Source: Candidatus Kerfeldbacteria bacterium | GTDB taxonomy: Bacteria; Patescibacteriota; Patescibacteriia; UBA10025; JAHIVO01 | DNA: 64,000 nucleotides | Assembly (NCBI GenBank): GCA_047946875.1 | Contig: CP181398.1 | Span: 1,233,329-1,297,328 of the forward strand | Direction of reading: 5' to 3' | Shown here: piece after piece, positions 10,878 through 20,011 of the stretch | Layout of the letters: each line of letters opens with the position of its first letter | Position numbering within the stretch: position 1 is the first letter of the stretch | Translations under genes and position numbers: made by a program | The notes under the pieces: generated by a model | The model's input: the letters and a program-made list of their open reading frames with translations, nothing else | The model's database searches: none | What the model was told of the DNA's origin: nothing

Positions 10878-10914
10878 AGGGGAAAGGTGGCAGGAAGTTT
10901 TTAGACTTCCTGCC
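10878..10914 (-). repeat. Hairpin repeat copy 1 (GGRAAAGGTGGCAG...CTGCC), probable terminator for the 100-aa gene
   Basis: 10-bp stem ggcaggaagt/acttcctgcc. Shares a conserved 5' flank with the copy at 11298. Confidence 0.45.
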
Positions 10915-10924
10915 GATATTGTTT

Positions 10925-11227
10925 TCAAACGATGGATACGGTACCGATCTGTAGCTCTGGATCGTATATAATATCTACCATGAAGCGTTCATCTACATCG
11001 TCGGAAAATAATCCTCCACCGGTATATACAGCATGTATGACGAACTGTGAAGAATCGGGATGGATAAGCGAGGATGAAATTGAACCTATTGTAAACTGTT
11101 CCCAAATAAATTTGCGGGAACGACCATCATCCTCCGCTTTGCAATTTAGAGGATATCCATTCCACAGCGCTATGCCTAAAGAAATTAAATCAGGACCCTC
11201 GAATATATTGATTGTAGGAATAGTCAT
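10925..11227 (-). CDS. Hypothetical protein (100 aa) in higher-GC islet
   Basis: Minus-strand ORF with GAAAGGA SD 6 nt upstream of ATG. Same orientation as the neighbouring islet gene. The overlapping plus-strand ORF 10932-11249 lacks an SD. Confidence 0.5.
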   Translation of the reverse strand: MTIPTINIFEGPDLISLGIALWNGYPLNCKAEDDGRSRKFIWEQFTIGSISSSLIHPDSSQFVIHAVYTGGGLFSDDVDERFMVDIIYDPELQIGTVSIV

Positions 11228-11297
11228 GATGTATCCTTTCGTTTTATAAAAGTTCTATGTTTTACTTTTTCTCTATTGTCCATAACTATGAACCTCA

Positions 11298-11334
11298 GGG
11301 AAAAGGTGGCAGAGAGGTTTCAAGTCTCTCTGCC
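11298..11334 (-). repeat. Hairpin repeat copy 2 (GGGAAAAGGTGGCAG...CTGCC), probable terminator for the OMP-like gene
   Basis: Stem ggcagagag/ctctctgcc. Conserved flank as copy 1. Confidence 0.45.
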
Positions 11335-11342
11335 GTGAAGAT

Positions 11343-11966
11343 TTAGAAGTTGATCAGTCCGCGGAGCGAGATTTGGTTGTAAGCACCGGGCTGATAATGA
11401 CGCTGACAGGCGGCCATCATTACGAATTTGCCATTCTTGAATGGCACTTTGATGTGTCCACCAATACTCAGGTTGTCCGGAGCGTCGAGAATATGGTCAT
11501 TCTCAATTTCCGCACCGACCACCAACGGTATAGGTAAGCTGTAATCAGCTTCCAGATACAAATAGAAGTAATCGTTGTCCGGTACGTACTCCACATTACC
11601 CCACAAGCAGAACTGCTTAGTGATGTTTAGTGAAGCACGGATGTCAGCGATGAAATGACCCTTTTTTTCGATTAGAGTGTCATTTACCGGTTCATTGACT
11701 ACCAACAGGCCGCCCATGGCTTCGACCGACCATCTTTTTGCATCGTAGCGAGGTCCGACAACTGCCAGATAGGTGCTTGATCCGGGATTCGGCAGGACGG
11801 TCCAACCAGCGATACTCACGTTTGAGTTGTCGTTGATTTTTGTCACACTATGCATAAGAAGCTTGGTAGTGTACTTAGGGCTGGCTGCAAATCCATTAGC
11901 GGTCCACAGCAGGGCGACGATCAGAATTAAGATCATCATTACGATGGTTTGACGTTGTTGATGCAT
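11343..11966 (-). CDS. Exported beta-barrel (OMP-like) protein with C-terminal aromatic residue
   Basis: AAGGAG SD. Signal peptide (ILILIVALLWTANGFAA). Alternating amphipathic beta-strand pattern. C-terminus ...LRGLINF with terminal Phe, as in outer-membrane beta-barrels. GC content visibly higher (about 45%) than surrounding genes. Confidence 0.5.
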   Translation of the reverse strand: MHQQRQTIVMMILILIVALLWTANGFAASPKYTTKLLMHSVTKINDNSNVSIAGWTVLPNPGSSTYLAVVGPRYDAKRWSVEAMGGLLVVNEPVNDTLIEKKGHFIADIRASLNITKQFCLWGNVEYVPDNDYFYLYLEADYSLPIPLVVGAEIENDHILDAPDNLSIGGHIKVPFKNGKFVMMAACQRHYQPGAYNQISLRGLINF

Positions 11967-12270
11967 GTTTCAACTCCTTGGTTTAGTTTTAAAGAACGTT
12001 TAGTTGTTTTTTTAGAGAAATTACTGTTATATCTTATTGCAATTACTAAAATGCCTAATTTCTATTATTAGGAGAGAATTTGGTAATAAGTAGCAAATTA
12101 TCCAATATTACTAGATAAATTACTGTTTAATTACTCTCTCCTCAAAAAGTAACTGTATGGTGAAATAGTAAGTGCTTGACTATAACAATCAATCATATAT
12201 CATTATAGATGAGTGGCAAATATCACCACATGGTGATAAATACCACCACATACTATCCCCTTTTGATTTT

Positions 12271-13035
12271 ATGTATACAGATGTTCTCCAGCAGATAGGT
12301 TTGTCAAAAAACGAAGCAAAAATTTATGAAGCTTTGCTTTCTTTGGGACCTTCAAATATTTCCTCAATATCAAGCGTAGGAAAAGTTAATAGGAGAAATG
12401 TTTATGACTCAATGAATAATTTGTTGAAGCGTAATCTTGTTATTGTATTGAGAGATACGAAGGGAAAATTATATAAAGCTGCAGAACCGAAAAGGTTGAA
12501 CGAAATGTTGCAATCACAGAAACAAAAAATATCAAAAATACTTCCTACTATAAAAAGTTTATACAATACAAAACTTCCCGCGGAGCAGGCATACATAACA
12601 AGAGGTGTGGAAGGAACAAAAAATTTTTGGAATTTTGTAATGTCCCAAGATGGACCTGTGTTATTTATTGGAGGGAAGGGAGCTTGGCACGATAAGGATC
12701 TTGAAGATGAAAGAAAAAATTATTTTAAAACTTGTAAAATAAAAGGAATAGAAATAAAAGGATTGTTTGACCATATAGTTTATCAAAATCAGAAGGAAGT
12801 TTATTCGGAATACAATCCGGAACATATAAGGTTTTTCCCGAAGGATTACTCAACTAGCGCTTCAATAGATATTTGTGCGGATAGGGTTATAATGTTTCCA
12901 ATGCCAAAGGAAAAAACCGTTCAAAATACGACCATATTTAACATAGTCAGTCAGCCATTAGCAGACTCATACAGAAAATGGTTTGATCATTTATGGGAAA
13001 ATGCAATACCAACTAATGAAATGAAGAATGGATAA
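12271..13035 (+). CDS. TrmB-like HTH transcriptional regulator, paralog 1
   Basis: N-terminal winged helix (LSKNEAKIYEALLSLGPSNISSIS...VNRRNVYDSMNNLLKRNLV) matches the TrmB family. The ORF-track start at 12172 adds 33 non-conserved residues, so ATG 12271 is chosen by analogy with paralog 2. Confidence 0.55.
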   Translation: MYTDVLQQIGLSKNEAKIYEALLSLGPSNISSISSVGKVNRRNVYDSMNNLLKRNLVIVLRDTKGKLYKAAEPKRLNEMLQSQKQKISKILPTIKSLYNTKLPAEQAYITRGVEGTKNFWNFVMSQDGPVLFIGGKGAWHDKDLEDERKNYFKTCKIKGIEIKGLFDHIVYQNQKEVYSEYNPEHIRFFPKDYSTSASIDICADRVIMFPMPKEKTVQNTTIFNIVSQPLADSYRKWFDHLWENAIPTNEMKNG

Positions 13036-13783
13036 ACAAATAGTACAAATATTAGACGACGTTGGATTGACAAGCAGTGAAGCTAGGGTGTATTTAGCAA
13101 TTTTGGAGCTTGGAAAAACAAACGTATCCAATGTTGCAAAAAAAACTTTGATAAACAGAAGGAATGTTTATGATACTTTAAGTACTCTATTGGATAAGGG
13201 TTTAATTTTCCAAATTGTTGGGGATAAAGAAGGGGTATACGCAGGAGTTGATCCTGATAAATTGATAGAATTAATACAATCAAAAGAAGTATCCTTGGAA
13301 TCAGTAATGACATCCATGGAAAGGGATTATGAAACAAAGAAGGAAAGTGAACGAGCAGTAATTTATAAAGGGATTGAAGGTTTTAAAAGTTATATGGAGG
13401 ATATTTTGGAAACCAGAGAAGATATTTATTGTCTTGGGGCAAAAGGTGGTTGGGCATACGAAGGACTTGGTGAATTTAAAGATTGGTTTGAAAAAGAAAG
13501 AATAAAGCGAAAAATAAAGGTATATAACTTATACGATAGTGAAATGAAAAAGTATTTAAAGGGCAAAAAGCCAATGTATGATATTTTTTCAGAACATAAG
13601 TTTTTACCCGAGAAGTACTCAACAGATTCAGCAATGGATGTTTTTGGGAGCAGTGTGGTTACGTTTACAGGACTTGCCCCGGAGATAGTAAATGATGATG
13701 TTACGTTGTTTGTTTTAGTAAGCAAGGAAGTATCGGAGTCTTGGAAAACATGGTTTAAATTTCTTTGGGATAACAGTAAATAA
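13028..13783 (+). CDS. TrmB-like HTH transcriptional regulator, paralog 2
   Basis: LTSSEARVYLAILELGKTNVSNVAKK..INRRNVYDTLSTLLDKGLI. The C-terminal domain is co-linear with paralog 1. Overlaps paralog 1 by 8 nt. Confidence 0.55.
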   Translation: MDKQIVQILDDVGLTSSEARVYLAILELGKTNVSNVAKKTLINRRNVYDTLSTLLDKGLIFQIVGDKEGVYAGVDPDKLIELIQSKEVSLESVMTSMERDYETKKESERAVIYKGIEGFKSYMEDILETREDIYCLGAKGGWAYEGLGEFKDWFEKERIKRKIKVYNLYDSEMKKYLKGKKPMYDIFSEHKFLPEKYSTDSAMDVFGSSVVTFTGLAPEIVNDDVTLFVLVSKEVSESWKTWFKFLWDNSK

Positions 13784-13784
13784 A

Positions 13785-13812
13785 AACCCCGTATATAATA
13801 CGAGGTTTTTTA
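13785..13812. terminator. Hairpin plus T-run terminator between the TrmB-like pair and hup
   Basis: ccccgtata-taa-tacgagg followed by TTTTTT. Confidence 0.4.
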
Positions 13813-13829
13813 TATAAAATGTAATAATT

Positions 13830-14111
13830 TTATTTATTCTTTAAAGCGTCTTTGAGTGATTTACCAGCTTTGAATTTTGGTACAGTAACTGCGGGTATTT
13901 GAATTCTTTCGGAAGGTTTTTGTGGGTTGACACCAGCTCTTGCAGATCGCTCTTTAGCACTAAAAGTACCAAATCCAGTCAAAGTAACTTCTTGACCTTC
14001 TTTTAAGCTATTGGTAATAATTTCAAGCATTGATTCTAGCATATCTTCTGATTGCTTTTTAGAAATACCAATTTTCTCTGCGATATTATTTATTAATTCT
14101 GCTTTGTTCAT
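13830..14111 (-). CDS. hup: DNA-binding protein HU
   Basis: 93 aa. MNKAELI...GFGTF..R.AR.GRNP.T...I.IPA...P.FK.GK is the HU/IHF signature. Confidence 0.9.
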   Translation of the reverse strand: MNKAELINNIAEKIGISKKQSEDMLESMLEIITNSLKEGQEVTLTGFGTFSAKERSARAGVNPQKPSERIQIPAVTVPKFKAGKSLKDALKNK

Positions 14112-14153
14112 TGTGTCACCCCCTCTCTTAAATTAGTTAAGTTAGTTAATATA

Positions 14154-14966
14154 TTATACATTAATTTCTTTGTAAATTCTAGTGATATTGGTAGATTTTC
14201 TGGTGGTCGAATCTATAGTAATAAGTGTTGCGTTAATAGCACATAAGCCTGTATCAGAGATGTCATGAGCCTTGGTTTCTGGAGCAGTAAAATTATGTAG
14301 AATAATGTCTTTATCAATACCGATTATAGAATCTCTTAATCCATTCATACCGACGTCTGATTGGTAAGCAGTGCCATTGGGCAAGATTTTGCTATCAGCA
14401 GTCGTGACATGTGTATGTGTTCCAAGTACAGCTGAAACTCGTCCATCTAGATGCCAACCAAAGGCTACCTTTTCAGATGTAGCTTCAGCATGGAAGTCTA
14501 CAAAAATTCCAGCCAATTCATCAACATTTACATCAGCCAATATCTGATCAATTTTTTTGAAAGGATTAGATAGGTCATCTTCAATAAATACTTGTCCATG
14601 CATGTTGATGATCATAAAAGATTTGGTACCCACTAAAATAGTTTTATATCCTTTGCCTGGTGAATCATCAGGATAATTTGCCGGTCTGATAATTGGCATG
14701 TCTGGATTATCTAATATTTCATAAGCTGCAGGTTTACCCCAAATATGATTACCAGAAGTAAAGAAATCAATTTCTGCTTCTAGCATTTGGTCGATTGTTT
14801 TTTGAGTTATACCAATCCCATGTGCTAAGTTTTCAACATTAGCAATTATTAAGTCAGGTTTTAATTCTTTTTTTAATTCAGGGATAATTTTAGTTACAGC
14901 TTTGCGACCTGGCTTACCAACAATATCCCCAAAAAATAGAATTTTAATTTCTTTATTATCTGGCAT
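14154..14966 (-). CDS. ymdB: YmdB-family metallophosphoesterase (2',3'-cyclic-nucleotide phosphodiesterase)
   Basis: ILFFGDIVGKPGR...GNHIWGK..NMHGQ motifs. Lies immediately downstream of rny, as in Bacillus. Confidence 0.8.
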   Translation of the reverse strand: MPDNKEIKILFFGDIVGKPGRKAVTKIIPELKKELKPDLIIANVENLAHGIGITQKTIDQMLEAEIDFFTSGNHIWGKPAAYEILDNPDMPIIRPANYPDDSPGKGYKTILVGTKSFMIINMHGQVFIEDDLSNPFKKIDQILADVNVDELAGIFVDFHAEATSEKVAFGWHLDGRVSAVLGTHTHVTTADSKILPNGTAYQSDVGMNGLRDSIIGIDKDIILHNFTAPETKAHDISDTGLCAINATLITIDSTTRKSTNITRIYKEINV

Positions 14967-16485
14967 ATTCTATTACTCTTTTTTCTCTAATAACGTTAAC
15001 TTTAATTTCACCAGGATATTTGAGCTCTTCTTCAATCTTCCTAGCAATATTTTTTGCAAGGTTAATAGCACCTAGATCATCAATTTTTTCTGGTATAACA
15101 AATACTCTTACCTCGCGTCCAGCTTGAATAGCATATGTTTTTTCAACACCTTCGAAACCTTTTGCTAGGTCTTCTAGCTCGTTTAATCTTTGTAAATATT
15201 GCTCATAGGTATCTTTACGGGCGCCAGGTCTAGCACCAGAGATGGCATCAGCTACTTTAACAATTAAAGTTTCGATACTTGGCACTTCATCATCATGATG
15301 ATAAGCAATACAGTTAATAACATTCTCAGAAAGTTTAAACTTCTTACCAATATCATGACCAATCTCAGGGTGAGTTCCTTGGATTTCATGATCTACTGCT
15401 TTACCAATGTCATGTAAGAAACCACCTTTTTTTGCTTCTGCCACATTTGCACCAAGCTCTTGGGCAAGTAAGGCTGACAAGTGAGCAACCTCGATTGAGT
15501 GACGTAATATGTTTTGACCATAGCTGGTACGATATTTTAAACGTCCAATTATTTGAACTAATTTTGGGTCCAGACCAGCAATACCAACTTCATAAGAAGC
15601 TTCTTCACCAGCTTTTTTCATATCTAGGGCCAGGTCTTTTTTGGCGTCTTCAATAGTTTCTTCTATTCTGCCTGGATGAATTCTCCCATCCTGGATAAGT
15701 TTTTCTAACGCTCTTTTCGCTAAATGACGTCTGATGGGGCTGAAGCCTGAGATAACAATAGCTTCTGGTGTGTCATCAACGATAATTTCTACACCAGTTA
15801 GATGTTCTAATGTTTTGATATTTCTACCTTCTCTACCAATAATTCTACCTTTCATTTCATCTGATGGCAGAGTAACAACAGTGGTAGTTGTTTCTGCAGT
15901 ATGAGAACTTACACATCGTTGTATTACCCGAGAAAGCATGTTCTTTGATTCTTTTTCAAGTTCTTCATTTGATGTATTTTGTAATTTTTTAATTCTATCG
16001 ACTAATTCATCTTTAATAGTTCTTTCTGTGTTGTCCAGTAGAACTTTTTTAGCTTCTTCTTGAGTTAGAGCGGCTACTTTTTCTAGTTTTGCCATTTGTT
16101 CTTCTTTTATTTTGAGAATTTCTTGCTTAGCTTGTTCTAAGCGATCATTTTTTTCTTGTAATTTTTGTTGCCCGTCCTCTAGATTCAATAATTTTTGATC
16201 AAAAAGATTTTCTCTTTTTTCTAACCTTGATTGTATATGACGTAGCTCTTGTCTTTCTTTTTCCGCTTCACCTTTCGCTTTGTCAATAACATTCATTGCC
16301 TTATCTTTTGCTTCAATCAAAAGATCTTTTTGTTTGTTCTTAGTTTCTACTATTAGCTGTTGAAGTTTTGATTCAGCGGTGTCCATTTGTTGACTGGCCC
16401 ACATTTTTCTTCCCTGCCAACCAACAAGCATTCCTCCCCCAGTTCCTACTACTGCTATTAGTATCCAAATTGTTGATGCATCCAT
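14956..16485 (-). CDS. rny: Ribonuclease Y
   Basis: N-terminal TM. Long coiled coil. KH domain (GREGRNIKTLEHLTGVEII). HD domain (H..HDIGK...H). Confidence 0.9.
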   Translation of the reverse strand: MDASTIWILIAVVGTGGGMLVGWQGRKMWASQQMDTAESKLQQLIVETKNKQKDLLIEAKDKAMNVIDKAKGEAEKERQELRHIQSRLEKRENLFDQKLLNLEDGQQKLQEKNDRLEQAKQEILKIKEEQMAKLEKVAALTQEEAKKVLLDNTERTIKDELVDRIKKLQNTSNEELEKESKNMLSRVIQRCVSSHTAETTTTVVTLPSDEMKGRIIGREGRNIKTLEHLTGVEIIVDDTPEAIVISGFSPIRRHLAKRALEKLIQDGRIHPGRIEETIEDAKKDLALDMKKAGEEASYEVGIAGLDPKLVQIIGRLKYRTSYGQNILRHSIEVAHLSALLAQELGANVAEAKKGGFLHDIGKAVDHEIQGTHPEIGHDIGKKFKLSENVINCIAYHHDDEVPSIETLIVKVADAISGARPGARKDTYEQYLQRLNELEDLAKGFEGVEKTYAIQAGREVRVFVIPEKIDDLGAINLAKNIARKIEEELKYPGEIKVNVIREKRVIEYAR

Positions 16486-16582
16486 ATGTTTTTATATTTA
16501 TTTATAATTATTAGTACATAAAGTTCGAGTGATCCACATGAGTGGACCCTCGGTAACTTAAGGAATGGTTTGTATTGGGTAG

Positions 16583-17158
16583 TTAGCTGATTATTTTATC
16601 AACAACACCGTATTTTTTTGATTGCTCTGCAGACATAAAGAAGTCTCTGTCAGTATCTTTTCCAATTTTATCAACAGACTGTTTTGTATGTTTGGAGAGA
16701 ATTGCGTTAATACGATCTCTGATTTTAATAATGTGTTCAGCTCTAATTTTGATATCAACTGCCTGTCCCTCTGCGCCACCCATAACTTGATGTAAAAGTA
16801 TTTCTGAATTTGGCAGAGAAAAGCGTTTACCCTTAGCACCTGATGCCAAAAGTACTGCGCCCATTGAGGCTGCTAAACCAACACAAATAGTAGCTACGTC
16901 TGGTTTGATATATTGCATTGTATCGTAAATTGCCAAACCGGCTGAGACGGAGCCACCAGGGGAATTAATATAAATTTTTATATCTTTAGTTTTGTCTTCA
17001 GATTCCAAAAATAAAAGTTGGGCGATAATAGTATTAGCGACCACATCATTTATGGGACTGCCTAAAAATATAATCCTTTCCTTAAGTAACCGAGAATATA
17101 TATCGTAGGCTCGTTCACCGTAGTTTGTTTTTTCTATAACGGTTGGTACGAGTTGCAT
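16583..17158 (-). CDS. clpP: ATP-dependent Clp protease proteolytic subunit
   Basis: [19 protein letters not shown]...[11 protein letters not shown]: Ser-His-Asp catalytic-triad context of ClpP. Confidence 0.92.
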   Translation of the reverse strand: MQLVPTVIEKTNYGERAYDIYSRLLKERIIFLGSPINDVVANTIIAQLLFLESEDKTKDIKIYINSPGGSVSAGLAIYDTMQYIKPDVATICVGLAASMGAVLLASGAKGKRFSLPNSEILLHQVMGGAEGQAVDIKIRAEHIIKIRDRINAILSKHTKQSVDKIGKDTDRDFFMSAEQSKKYGVVDKIIS

Positions 17159-17384
17159 ACGTCGATTGTTAATTAATTCGTAGTATGCATTATATAACCA
17201 AGTACTATATTTGTCAACTTAGACAAAAAAACGTGTTTTTTGAGCAAAAAAAGGACTAAAGAAAGTTTGTCACCTCGATCTACGGGTGTAAATGCACTAT
17301 GGCCGATATTGCTTTCTTTGGCCCATATTATTATAGGAACTATATTGTATGTCAAAATATACATGGTTATTTTATTTAACATAA

Positions 17385-17417
17385 ATAAAAAACTAACTTC
17401 TGTGAAGTTAGTTTTTG
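17385..17417. terminator. Bidirectional intrinsic terminator
   Basis: Perfect 10-bp stem aactaacttc-tgtg-aagttagtt flanked by A-run and T-run. Confidence 0.6.
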
Positions 17418-17424
17418 TGAATGA

Positions 17425-18363
17425 TCAGTATATGAAATGTTGGAGCGGTCCAAGATGTCGGACAACGCCATGTCCATAAAAGTCTGCTATATTTTCATCC
17501 GGATTGTATCCGAGCTGTAATTCCATCTCTTTTTTATCAAAACTGACATAGGGGATTAAGGAATAATGTCCGCTATTTTGCATTCGGGAACGAAATCCAG
17601 ACAGTAACATATTAGGGACACGGACCGTATTCATGAAGCAGGCATAATAAGGCATATAACCAAGGAGTTGTAATCCTTCCCACGACATAAGTTTCCAGCC
17701 ATCTTTGAGCTGACTTTTTACTTCACTAGAAGTAACTCCTTTGTAAGAGGCGCCAACACCATGATGCCAATCTTTTTCCGGTAGCTCAATGACGTTATAT
17801 CCTATAGGCATATCAAGAGCCATCTTGTCGGTACGGAGAAGTTCTTTTTGAAAAAACTTGTCTGTTGCGATTGCACCTTGGTACATCCAACTAATTGTGA
17901 TCCACGCAAGTTGTGCGTTAAGATGAGCGTCTCCAAAATTAAAGATAACAAGAGCGTTTTTTGGCCAACGACCAGATTTTACAGATTTCTTAATTGACTT
18001 TTTGAGCTCGTCCTTCTCTTCGGTTTTGGGCATACTTTTTGTTTTGAGAATCAAATCGACCGCTGTCATACATTTCATGCACATAAGTCCAGCAAATCGA
18101 TTAAATCCCCACATTTGAGTTTGTGGATCAAAGAAAGGGGTGTCTTTTTTACCACTGTAATAGTCAGCGATTTGAGTGATGTAGTACATCTCTTCCAGTA
18201 TTCCCCAAAACATTGCACCACGTAGCAAAAACCTGTCTTTGAATTCATCGAACTCATCTGGATGCATGATCGGTACTTCAACACCAGCTTGAATCCCTAA
18301 ATCCGAAACACTCTTCATCAACAGAGCTCCTAAAGGATCTCCACCTTTGAGTAACTTATTCAT
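17425..18363 (-). CDS. Hypothetical Trp-rich protein (312 aa)
   Basis: Complete ORF. No motif I can assign. GC appears somewhat elevated. Confidence 0.5.
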   Translation of the reverse strand: MNKLLKGGDPLGALLMKSVSDLGIQAGVEVPIMHPDEFDEFKDRFLLRGAMFWGILEEMYYITQIADYYSGKKDTPFFDPQTQMWGFNRFAGLMCMKCMTAVDLILKTKSMPKTEEKDELKKSIKKSVKSGRWPKNALVIFNFGDAHLNAQLAWITISWMYQGAIATDKFFQKELLRTDKMALDMPIGYNVIELPEKDWHHGVGASYKGVTSSEVKSQLKDGWKLMSWEGLQLLGYMPYYACFMNTVRVPNMLLSGFRSRMQNSGHYSLIPYVSFDKKEMELQLGYNPDENIADFYGHGVVRHLGPLQHFIY

Positions 18364-18611
18364 ATTACCTCCAAAATTATAGTATTTATTAAAGTTCTAT
18401 GTTAATTAGTTTATCTTATATTAATAATTGTTAGTGTCAAGTAAAAAGAATCGAGAAGCTTCTTCCTTATAAAGGAGCTTCTCTATCACGAATGTATTCT
18501 ACTTACAAGAATACACCCAAATGCATTTATAATTTATATAGATTATTTATTATTGTTAAGGGTTAATAAAAAACCCATCTGTATAAATGGAGTTAATTAT
18601 TTTTTGGTAGA

Positions 18612-19592
18612 TTATTTAGCAGGAATTACTTTCCAACTATTTTCTTTTTCTTCTAGTTTTCCTTTGATAGTAAATCCAGCGGCTTTTTTATGGCCACCAC
18701 CTCCAAAGAATTTTGCAATTTTTGATACATCTACATTTGACATAGTTGTTCGTAAACTTCCTTTGATAGTTCCGTCTGCTTTTTCACGTAGTACCATAAT
18801 TGCTTTTGCTTTTTCAACACTATTCAAGAAATTTGCAATTCCTTCACTACTTTCATCACTCATTTTTAATTCATCAAAATCTTTCTGAGTTAATACAGTG
18901 GTTATAATACCAGTTTTACTATCTTCTTTGAGTCTTGATAAGGCTCTCCCCCACAATTGTAATTGTGATAGAGATTTATTCTGAAATGCTTTTTGGGTAA
19001 TTTCTTTTACTCTAGCACCATGAGCCATTAACTTTGACGAAACTTCCATTGAAGATGGAGTAGTACTAAGGTTAGAAAAACTACCAGTATCTGTTAAGAT
19101 CCCGGTCAATAGTTGAGTAGCCACATCTTTGTTGAAAGGAATTCTCAAATAATCAATAAAATGAAATATAATTTCGGAAGTTGAAGATGCTTTTGGATGA
19201 ACTAAATTAATGTGTCCATAATTTTGATTTGTTGGATGATGGTCAATATTTATTACTATTGGTAATCCTTTTAATTTTCTAAAGTGAATATCAACTCCAG
19301 CATATTGTAAATCACCTGAATCTAATAATATAACCAAATCATGTTTTCCATCTATGAGAATTTTTTCTTCGTCGGAAATACTATCTACATAAGGAAGAAA
19401 ATCTAAATACTCAGGAATTGGAGACACACAAAATAAATTGTGTTTAATATTGTGATGTTTCAAATAATGGCGCATACCAAGCATAGAACCCAAAGCATCA
19501 CCATCAGGATTTTGGTGAGAAATTACAATTACTTTGTCTGCTTTTTTAATAGTTTCGTCTATCTTATTGAAAAGCTGATAATATTCCATCAT
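18612..19592 (-). CDS. nrnA: DHH/DHHA1 phosphoesterase (NrnA-like oligoribonuclease / pAp phosphatase)
   Basis: HQNPDGDALGS, DHH (NIDHHPTN) and GGGH (GGGGHKKAAG) motifs. Confidence 0.8.
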   Translation of the reverse strand: MMEYYQLFNKIDETIKKADKVIVISHQNPDGDALGSMLGMRHYLKHHNIKHNLFCVSPIPEYLDFLPYVDSISDEEKILIDGKHDLVILLDSGDLQYAGVDIHFRKLKGLPIVINIDHHPTNQNYGHINLVHPKASSTSEIIFHFIDYLRIPFNKDVATQLLTGILTDTGSFSNLSTTPSSMEVSSKLMAHGARVKEITQKAFQNKSLSQLQLWGRALSRLKEDSKTGIITTVLTQKDFDELKMSDESSEGIANFLNSVEKAKAIMVLREKADGTIKGSLRTTMSNVDVSKIAKFFGGGGHKKAAGFTIKGKLEEKENSWKVIPAK

Positions 19593-19637
19593 ATGTTACT
19601 TTTTGTCTTTTATTGTTTATATCAATAACAATATAGA

Positions 19638-19982
19638 CTACTCTTCTCTATGTATCTTGTCAATAAGCCCATCTATGTGAGATATTTTTTGTTGGTCAAT
19701 ATCTATAGAAAATGCTAATTTGGGTGTTTTTCTTAATATTACTACTTGATTGAACTCATTTTGAATACTTTTGATGTTTTTATTTAGTATTGCCAAAATA
19801 GAGGCACGTTTGTTTGCCGGCATTATACTAACAAGAACTCTAGCCTGACTAAGGTCAGAGCTAGTTTTTACTCTAGTTATGGTTACCAAGCTATCCGGTG
19901 GTAATCCAATTTCTTTTGATAAAATTTTACCTAATTCGTGCTGAATTAATTCATTTACTTGTTTTATACGATGAGAAGGCAT
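19638..19982 (-). CDS. rbfA: Ribosome-binding factor A
   Basis: 114 aa, KH-like RbfA pattern (R..QV.E.I..EL..I...). Confidence 0.8.
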   Translation of the reverse strand: MPSHRIKQVNELIQHELGKILSKEIGLPPDSLVTITRVKTSSDLSQARVLVSIMPANKRASILAILNKNIKSIQNEFNQVVILRKTPKLAFSIDIDQQKISHIDGLIDKIHREE

Positions 19983-20011
19983 TATTATATATTAGGCTAT
20001 TAATTAAATTA

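Noticed and set aside
10932-11249. Plus-strand 105-aa ORF overlapping the minus-strand 100-aa gene
   Set aside because: The minus-strand frame has a proper SD and matches the orientation and terminator architecture of the islet. The plus frame lacks an RBS.
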